Below, in pieces: positions 57,735 through 64,000 of a DNA stretch of 64,000 bases. Positions within the stretch are counted from its first letter, which is position 1; every line of letters starts with the position of its first letter. The DNA is taken from positions 121,056 to 185,055 of the forward strand of contig JBAYFP010000001.1 in NCBI GenBank assembly GCA_041667145.1, in the 5' to 3' direction. Position numbers and translations under genes: made by a program. Origin of the DNA: Minisyncoccota bacterium. GTDB taxonomy: Bacteria > Patescibacteriota > Minisyncoccia > Phycocordibacterales > UBA9973. Under the pieces are notes generated by a model, which was not told the origin of the DNA, made no database searches, and was given only the letters and a program-made list of their open reading frames with translations.

Positions 57735-59118
57735 TTTTACCTAAAATCTCTGCAATAACAAAGGGATCTGGTGATTTATCAAGTCCTGAAAGAGCAAAGC
57801 GTACTGGGTGAAGTATTTCTCCCCTATTTTCGAGAGCATTAGCTATTTGCATTAAAGCATTTTTTACATTTTCCATGGAAAAATTCTTTTCATCAATTTT
57901 TTTTAATTCACTCATGGCTTTAAACAAATTTTCAGAAATTTTTTCTAACCCAGTATTTTTATATATCAATTTTTCTTTTTCATACTTTGGCTGTTTATAA
58001 AAAAAGTCTAATTCCCTTCTTTCAAGCATTTCTTTTATATCACCCCACTTAGAAATCCTTTCTGAAATTATTGGAATAATTTTATCTATTTTTAATTCTT
58101 TTGGTAAATATTCAAAAATTTTATTTTTTAATTCATTTTCAGAAAGTTTTTTAATATGTTCTTTATTTATCCAATCCAATTTCTCGTCATTCATCTGCGC
58201 ACCAGAATGCCCTATTCGAGAAATATCAAAAGCATCTATCAATTCCCCCATAGTAAAAATCTCTCTATCATCACCAGGATTCCACCCTAAAAGAGCCAAG
58301 AAATTCACCATAGCTTCTGCTAAATATCCTTCATTTCTATATTCCAAAACATCTTTTGCTCCATCCCTTTTACCTAGTTTTTTCTTTCCATCAGGCCCCA
58401 TGATTGGTGGCAAAGTAGCATAAAGAGGAGGTTTAATGCCTAAAGCATCATATAACGACAGGAATTTGGGAACGGAAGAAATGAATTCTTGCCCACGCAT
58501 CACATGAGTGACACTCATTTCAATATCATCTACGATATGCGCGAAATTATAAGTCGGATATCCATCACTCTTTATTAAAATAAAATCATCGAGTGCCTCA
58601 GGGCCTGCTGATAGATCACCATAGACGAGATCATTCCATTTATAACTTTTTATTTCTGGCGTTTTAAAACGAAGAGGTTTTGTGAAGTCCCATATTCCAA
58701 AAGTTTCCGGCCTATGTTCTCGATATAAGAATGGTTTTTTTTCTAATTCAGCTCTATCACGAAAAACTCCAACTTCTTCTTCAGTGTATGGATCAGGATA
58801 TGCAAATCCTTTATCAATAAGAATTTGTGCATATTTTTTATATAAATCCAATCTTTCAGACTGTAAATACGGAGTATGTGACCCTCCAATGTTTGGCCCT
58901 TCATCCCAATTTATTCCGAGCCATTTTAACGACTCAATTATATGATTTATTGAACCTTCGACTTCCCTTTCCTTATCTGTGTCTTCAATTCTTAATATAA
59001 AAGTACCTTTATTTTTCTTAGCCCAAAGATATGCGTACAAAGCAGTACGAACACCCCCGACGTGCATAAAACCCGTCGGACTAGGCGCAAATCTTGTGAC
59101 AACCTTTTTCTCTTCCAT
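57691..59118 (-). CDS. gltX: glutamyl-tRNA synthetase
   Basis: RFAPSPTGFMHVGGVRTAL (HIGH region) and a KMSKS-like KLGKRDG. Confidence 0.9.
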   Translation of the reverse strand: MEEKKVVTRFAPSPTGFMHVGGVRTALYAYLWAKKNKGTFILRIEDTDKEREVEGSINHIIESLKWLGINWDEGPNIGGSHTPYLQSERLDLYKKYAQILIDKGFAYPDPYTEEEVGVFRDRAELEKKPFLYREHRPETFGIWDFTKPLRFKTPEIKSYKWNDLVYGDLSAGPEALDDFILIKSDGYPTYNFAHIVDDIEMSVTHVMRGQEFISSVPKFLSLYDALGIKPPLYATLPPIMGPDGKKKLGKRDGAKDVLEYRNEGYLAEAMVNFLALLGWNPGDDREIFTMGELIDAFDISRIGHSGAQMNDEKLDWINKEHIKKLSENELKNKIFEYLPKELKIDKIIPIISERISKWGDIKEMLERRELDFFYKQPKYEKEKLIYKNTGLEKISENLFKAMSELKKIDEKNFSMENVKNALMQIANALENRGEILHPVRFALSGLDKSPDPFVIAEILGKNETLSRLQKAIENI

Positions 59119-59134
59119 TCTCCTATTTTAGCAT

Positions 59135-60265
59135 CTATTTCTCATGACTCAAAGCTATGTCTACTAACTCGCGAGCTACTTTGTAGGCAGCATCGGGTTT
59201 ATTAAAGGCTTTTGCATTTTTTGCCATTTCATCCCAGACTTCTTTATTGTCGACTATTCTTTCTATTTCTGAACATAAAATATTAGCAGTCATATTTGCC
59301 TCTTCTATGACATTACAAGCCCCAAAATGTGCATAACCAAAAGCATTCTTCCTTTGATGATCACCATTGCTCGTCGTTATAGGAATAATAATAGAAGGAA
59401 TCCCCCATGATGCTATTTCAAATATACTTGATCCAGCTCGAGAAACGATGATAGTCGCTGCTCCAGCAGACATCTTTTGTTGAAGAGGATTTAAATAATC
59501 AAAAGGCATGTATCTATTTTTTTCAGGAATAGAAGCGAGTACGACTTCCGCCCTATTAAAAACATTTTTAAAATTATTTACACCAGTCTGATGTATAACT
59601 TGAAAATTCTTCACAAGTCTTGGCAAGGCATCGAGTATCGTATTATTAATAATCTCTGCACCCTGTGAACCTCCTAAAATCAAAACAACTGGTAAATTAC
59701 TTTCTAATTTAAAATATTGAAGTGCTTCGTTGCGTGGAGCAGAGTGTTCTATCTCAGCGCGCAGTGGTAAGCCAGTCCATGCAGTATTATTTTTAGGAAA
59801 ATAATCTACAGATTCTTTAAAGGCGACAGCTATCCTTTTAGCAAAATGTCCTGCCCATTTGTTTACTCTACCGGGAACAGAATCAGATTCGTGGATTACT
59901 ATGGGAATCCGTAAAATCCTCGCAGCTAAAATTGTCGGAAATGATGCATATCCACCTTTACCAAAAACAACATCAGGATAAATAGAAAATACTTTATATA
60001 TCGCATTGATAACACCAAAAAACATTTTGAAAAGATCAGTGAAATTTTTAAAAGAAAAATATGTACGCATTTTCCCAGTTTTTACCTCTTCATACAAAAG
60101 TCCATTTTCAAAAAGCATTTCTTTATCGTAAGGAGAATCAGAAATATAATAGAGTTTAGCTCCTAATATTTTTTCTTCATCTATTATCTTGTTGACCTTT
60201 TGAGCAACAGCGATGATTGGACAAAAATGTCCTCCCGTCCCTCCTCCTGTAAATATAATTTTCAT
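59135..60265 (-). CDS. murG: UDP-N-acetylglucosamine--N-acetylmuramyl-(pentapeptide) pyrophosphoryl-undecaprenol GlcNAc transferase
   Basis: KIIFTGGGTGGHFCP G-loop, GT-B fold motifs; directly downstream of ftsW. Confidence 0.9.
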   Translation of the reverse strand: MKIIFTGGGTGGHFCPIIAVAQKVNKIIDEEKILGAKLYYISDSPYDKEMLFENGLLYEEVKTGKMRTYFSFKNFTDLFKMFFGVINAIYKVFSIYPDVVFGKGGYASFPTILAARILRIPIVIHESDSVPGRVNKWAGHFAKRIAVAFKESVDYFPKNNTAWTGLPLRAEIEHSAPRNEALQYFKLESNLPVVLILGGSQGAEIINNTILDALPRLVKNFQVIHQTGVNNFKNVFNRAEVVLASIPEKNRYMPFDYLNPLQQKMSAGAATIIVSRAGSSIFEIASWGIPSIIIPITTSNGDHQRKNAFGYAHFGACNVIEEANMTANILCSEIERIVDNKEVWDEMAKNAKAFNKPDAAYKVARELVDIALSHEK

Positions 60266-60268
60266 AAA

Positions 60269-61372
60269 TTAATTATTTTTATGCTGATATTTTGATATTT
60301 GAAAAACTATTCCTACTGCAATAAGCTCTATCATGAGTGAAGTCCCTCCATGGCTTATAAAAGGAAGTGGCACACCAGTCAAAGGAAAAACTCCAGTAGT
60401 AGACGCAATATTCATAAATGATTGCGCTGCTATCAGTATAACAATTCCGGAAACTAAAAGTCTACTAAACAAATCTGGAGAATTATTGGCAATACGAAGC
60501 CCTCGCAGAACAAATAACAAAAATAAAATTATTATAGCTACACTACCCACAAAACCAAGCTCTTCCCCTATCACAGCAAAGATAGAGTCTCCTTGTGGCT
60601 CTGGTAAATAACTAAATTTCTGAATACTTTGACCATATCCTCTACCGAAAACCCCACCCGAGCCTATAGCTATGAGTGATTGTTGAATTTGATAAGAAGA
60701 TCCCTGTGGGTCTTGAGATGGATCAATAAAAGTCTTTATTCGACTCTGAAGGTACGGAGTAAAAAAGACAAGAGACCCAAGAACAACTATCGAGCCTACG
60801 CCTATCAAAGAAATCCATTTCATGGATACACCAGAAATAAAAAGCATACAAATTCCTGTCACCGCTATCAAAATGAAACTTTTTGTATCTGGCTGATTAA
60901 ATAATATAAAAGCAATAATAGCGAGTAATATTCCAAGAGGAAGAATACCAAATTTAAAATCTTGAACTCTATTTTTTGCCCAAGAAAGCCATGCAGCAAA
61001 ATAAATTATGAATCCAAATTTTAGAAATTCCACTGGTTGAAATCGTAGTGGTCCGATCTGGAGCCATCTCTCTGCCCCTAAGTGAGTCCACCCGAGACTA
61101 GGAATAAACACCGCAGCGGTTAAAAGTATTGAACCTAAAAAAATATAAAATGAATAATTGCGCCAAAACTTGTAATCAATTTTTAATGCTAAATATAACC
61201 CTATAAAACCACACCCAAAACCAAGAACAAGCTGGCTAAATAAAACTGAATAAAATGTCCCAGCACTTTTAGCTAAGATACCTAAAGATGCCGAAATAAA
61301 CATAGCTACTCCAATAAAAATTAAAAGAAAAACTATTATTAGAAAAAATCTATCAATTTTTTTATCTCGCAT
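60269..61372 (-). CDS. ftsW: SEDS-family peptidoglycan glycosyltransferase (FtsW/RodA)
   Basis: 10-TM SEDS topology, conserved PEPQGDSIFA region; sits between mraY and murG. Confidence 0.8.
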   Translation of the reverse strand: MRDKKIDRFFLIIVFLLIFIGVAMFISASLGILAKSAGTFYSVLFSQLVLGFGCGFIGLYLALKIDYKFWRNYSFYIFLGSILLTAAVFIPSLGWTHLGAERWLQIGPLRFQPVEFLKFGFIIYFAAWLSWAKNRVQDFKFGILPLGILLAIIAFILFNQPDTKSFILIAVTGICMLFISGVSMKWISLIGVGSIVVLGSLVFFTPYLQSRIKTFIDPSQDPQGSSYQIQQSLIAIGSGGVFGRGYGQSIQKFSYLPEPQGDSIFAVIGEELGFVGSVAIIILFLLFVLRGLRIANNSPDLFSRLLVSGIVILIAAQSFMNIASTTGVFPLTGVPLPFISHGGTSLMIELIAVGIVFQISKYQHKNN

Positions 61373-61378
61373 AATATT

Positions 61379-62431
61379 CTAACGACTAATGATAGCTAAA
61401 ATTATTCCTATAATAGAAAAAGCTACAGAAAAAATCCAAAAACGCATCGTCACTTTATAAGACGGCCAACCAAGTGCTTCGAAATGATGATGAATAGGAG
61501 AAAGCTTAAATATTTTCTTTCCACCTCTAAACTTTTTTGAAAACATTTGCAAAATAACAGAACCAGAGGAAACAACGAGAGGCATAGCAACAATGGGTAA
61601 AATCAAAACAGTGTCAGTCAAGAATGCGAGAGTTGCTAGTGTAATAGTGAGCCCTATTATCCCCGTCTCCCCCATATAAAATCTTGCCGGCGGAATATTA
61701 AACCATAAGAACGCTAAAATAGCTCCTGTGGTAACTGCTGAAAATGTAGCTATGTCTATTTGATTATTAGTAAACGCAATCACAGAATATGCAGCAAAAA
61801 TAGAAGCCAATACTCCTCCAGAAAGCCCATCGATTCCATCTATTACTCCTCCTGAAAAAGTTGCAAGTGCTACTATAATAAAAAATGGAATAATTAAGAT
61901 ACCTAAATATAATTCTCCATTAAATGGTATATGAATAGCCACCATCCCAAGTTTATAATAAAACCAAAGTCCGATTAAAAATGAAATAATAATTACCAGT
62001 AATGCTTTCCACATACGCCAAGATTTATCATCATAAGCTATTTTCCCTTTTCCATATATTTGTACTAAATCATCCCAAAGCCCAAGGAATGATCCAAAAA
62101 GTAAAACTAGAAGCGGAATCAAGGTCTGATTTTTACTTAAGAAATTTATCTTCTCAGTCACTTCTCCAGGGAAAAATATTGATATTAAATAAAAAATTAA
62201 GGTAGAAAGAATTATAGATACCCATATAATAATCCCTCCAACACGAGGAGTTCTCAATTCTTCTTCCCCATTGTGAATTTTTTGAAAATCTTTACAAGTA
62301 ACTTCACTACGCGAAGATTTCCTCCACATCTTATATTTATAGAAAAAATGTGTTGCAAGTGGTGTAATAAAAAGCCCTATAAGCAGAGCCGTCATCATCG
62401 GTAGAAAAATCTTAACCATATTCAAAAGCAT
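61379..62431 (-). CDS. mraY: phospho-N-acetylmuramoyl-pentapeptide transferase
   Basis: GLWDDL and IDGIDGLSGG MraY motifs; 10 TM helices. Confidence 0.85.
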   Translation of the reverse strand: MLLNMVKIFLPMMTALLIGLFITPLATHFFYKYKMWRKSSRSEVTCKDFQKIHNGEEELRTPRVGGIIIWVSIILSTLIFYLISIFFPGEVTEKINFLSKNQTLIPLLVLLFGSFLGLWDDLVQIYGKGKIAYDDKSWRMWKALLVIIISFLIGLWFYYKLGMVAIHIPFNGELYLGILIIPFFIIVALATFSGGVIDGIDGLSGGVLASIFAAYSVIAFTNNQIDIATFSAVTTGAILAFLWFNIPPARFYMGETGIIGLTITLATLAFLTDTVLILPIVAMPLVVSSGSVILQMFSKKFRGGKKIFKLSPIHHHFEALGWPSYKVTMRFWIFSVAFSIIGIILAIISR

Positions 62432-62472
62432 ATGTAGATTATATCAAATATAATGGATTTTTCCCAGACCTA

Positions 62473-62513
62473 CCTAGACGTTGTACGTCTTCCTGAGACG
62501 TCCAACGTCTAGG
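62473..62513. repeat. Family-C palindromic repeat (short copy), abutting the 3' end of the second Cys-rich paralog
   Basis: cctagacgttgtacgtcttcctgagacgtccaacgtctagg matches the 3' half of the 10679-10762 copy. Confidence 0.8.
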
Positions 62514-62516
62514 TAT

Positions 62517-64000
62517 CTATGATACTTCTGCTTGATAACACTCTTTACAATAAATAATTTCTGGTCTATCTGGGGAATACGAGGTCTTAAATTCAACAGC
62601 ACATTCACCATTACCATGGGAATGAACTGCTGTATTTTCATACAACCCATTTCTTGATTTGTTACCAATACAATCACATTTACGACTCCATAACTGCACC
62701 GGATTACGTTCTTCTAATCTTATATGATAACGACAATTAGGACAAAATCTTGGAAGTGGTAAATTCATTTGTTTATAAAATTGAATTTCTTTAGGAATTA
62801 TTCTGAATACTTCAGTACATTGATGATTACATTCTCCTTTATGCCCACATTCAATAACATCCTCAGTTATAGTTTCTTCTACCTCATTAATATGATCAGG
62901 CAAATCCGCTGTATATTTTGTGATTTTATAATTTCTTGTTTCAGAGTCTTTCCAAGAATAACCTTTTTTTACAGCATCTTCTTTGTGAAGTGGAAAATGA
63001 TCCTGAGCTATACTTTCATTATAAGCAAAAGGAGAAATTTCGGGTGGAAAAAATTCACCATATTTATAAATACGTCCCTTTTTATCTTTAAACGGTAATG
63101 CATCCATCTGTTCAATAATCTTAGATTTCAAAATCTCATATTCTTCTTTTGAGTAACTCTTGTTTAAAATGCAATATTTTTTATCCTTTAAACAAACTGA
63201 CCCAAAAATATCTGAAGAAGATACACATAAATCCGAATAAGTGACATTATTTGTATACCAACAGGTAGTAGAAAAAAGTTTAAGAAAATTTTGTTCAATA
63301 TTTGCACTTTCATATATCAGTTCAGCATTATCAGCAAAATTAAAATCGTGACTATCCTTTACGTTCGAACAAAAATATGCATATTTTAGATTCTCCGAAT
63401 TTCTTACATAAAAACTATTATGGCAATTCCTTGTTTCAAACAACTCGTTACCGTCTGAATTTATACAAAGGACATTGTTGGCAAAACGATGTGGTACTCT
63501 AGTGTATAGATCTAAGAAATTTTCCTTGAGTTTTTTTAATTCAGGATAAGAACCAATTTTTTCTTTAAGAGAAACAAATTCTTCTTTAGATATTTTTTTA
63601 TTAAGCAAAAAATTACTTTTATTAAAAAGATTAATACATCCTAAACATTCTAATACATTTTTACAATTTTTTATGTATACACTATCTATCGAATTCATAG
63701 AGTTATCAGCAAAACCAACCCTATAATTTTTTGTACCTTGATTGGTTTCATAACAAAATTCTGAATCAACTACTCCAAAACAATCAAAAGACTCTTTAGT
63801 ACGAAAAGTGCGATCACAATATGCACAATTTTCACAGGTATCTGAACAATTGACTAAATAACAATTCTTATGATTAGCAGAATAATTCACATAAGGTGAA
63901 TTTACATTATTATTACCTATTAATGCTGGCCTAGGGACTGTTTCTAAAAGTTTTTTAAATTGTGAAAAAAATGGTACAGAAAAATCAAAATCTAAACCAT
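62517..64000 (-). CDS. Cys-rich multi-zinc-ribbon protein, paralog of 9156..10679; 5' end runs off the window
   Basis: Upstream of the track start (GTG at 63888-63890) the frame stays open to base 64000, and its translation (...LDFDFSVPFFSQFKKLLETVP...) aligns with QDYDFSKPFFEQFKELSEKIP of the first paralog. C-terminal PDRPEIIYCKECYQAEV matches PDRPETIYCERCYQREV. Confidence 0.7.
   Translation of the reverse strand, partial: GLDFDFSVPFFSQFKKLLETVPRPALIGNNNVNSPYVNYSANHKNCYLVNCSDTCENCAYCDRTFRTKESFDCFGVVDSEFCYETNQGTKNYRVGFADNSMNSIDSVYIKNCKNVLECLGCINLFNKSNFLLNKKISKEEFVSLKEKIGSYPELKKLKENFLDLYTRVPHRFANNVLCINSDGNELFETRNCHNSFYVRNSENLKYAYFCSNVKDSHDFNFADNAELIYESANIEQNFLKLFSTTCWYTNNVTYSDLCVSSSDIFGSVCLKDKKYCILNKSYSKEEYEILKSKIIEQMDALPFKDKKGRIYKYGEFFPPEISPFAYNESIAQDHFPLHKEDAVKKGYSWKDSETRNYKITKYTADLPDHINEVEETITEDVIECGHKGECNHQCTEVFRIIPKEIQFYKQMNLPLPRFCPNCRYHIRLEERNPVQLWSRKCDCIGNKSRNGLYENTAVHSHGNGECAVEFKTSYSPDRPEIIYCKECYQAEVS

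Noticed and set aside
10679-62513. CRISPR array interpretation of the repeated palindromes
   Set aside because: Copies are tens of kb apart, not in a regularly spaced array. They occur inside genes and in both orientations, and no cas genes are present.

Overview
This is an AT-rich, gene-dense bacterial chromosomal window carrying mostly housekeeping genes. The style looks like an uncultivated, reduced-genome bacterium, possibly Patescibacteria/CPR-like; that is an inference, not a database result.

Recognisable genes, in order:
- F1 ATP synthase gamma (partial), beta and epsilon
- rsmI, priA, mreB, a holB-like clamp-loader subunit, frr, rseP
- a fused tandem ddl, alr, rpmG (small, missed by the ORF track), tRNA-Trp
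- a MerR/Xis-like HTH gene and a 2956-aa secreted BNR-propeller/Ig-like/FN3 giant protein, followed by an overlapping receiver domain gene, an ABC ATPase and an FtsX-type permease
- miaA, murA, tRNA-Leu, parB, rel, topA, dprA, serS, an FtsQ-like gene, dus, short-form dnaX, tRNA-Gln
- a MazG/Nudix/HD nucleotide-hygiene cluster, mscL, and a membrane-fusion protein plus MacB-type ABC with two permeases
- PBP2, ctpA, rplI, rpmA, an M23 peptidase, gltX, murG, ftsW, mraY

No rRNA, CRISPR array or recognisable mobile-element gene was seen. The in-frame TGA in the 8964..10679 gene is not read as recoding: the genetic code appears standard (TGA terminates rsmI and rseP, and tRNA-Trp has anticodon CCA).

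The most unusual content is two families of GC-rich nested-palindrome miniature repeats:
- Family A has core CCTCTCCTTAATAAGGAGAGG (4 copies).
- Family C has core AGACGTTGGACGTCT...AGACGTCCAACGTCT (4 copies).
- Copies lie in intergenic DNA and also in-frame inside conserved genes (atpG, rsmI, topA, and related palindromes in holB) without breaking the reading frames. This resembles Rickettsia palindromic elements.
- Family C copies directly abut the 3' ends of two paralogous lineage-specific Cys-rich multi-zinc-ribbon genes at opposite ends of the window.

Other notable points are the giant surface-protein neighbourhood next to a tRNA, the Ddl-Ddl fusion, a PriA with an apparently degenerate P-loop, an in-frame TGA in one Cys-rich paralog, and a poly-A tract at a gene end.
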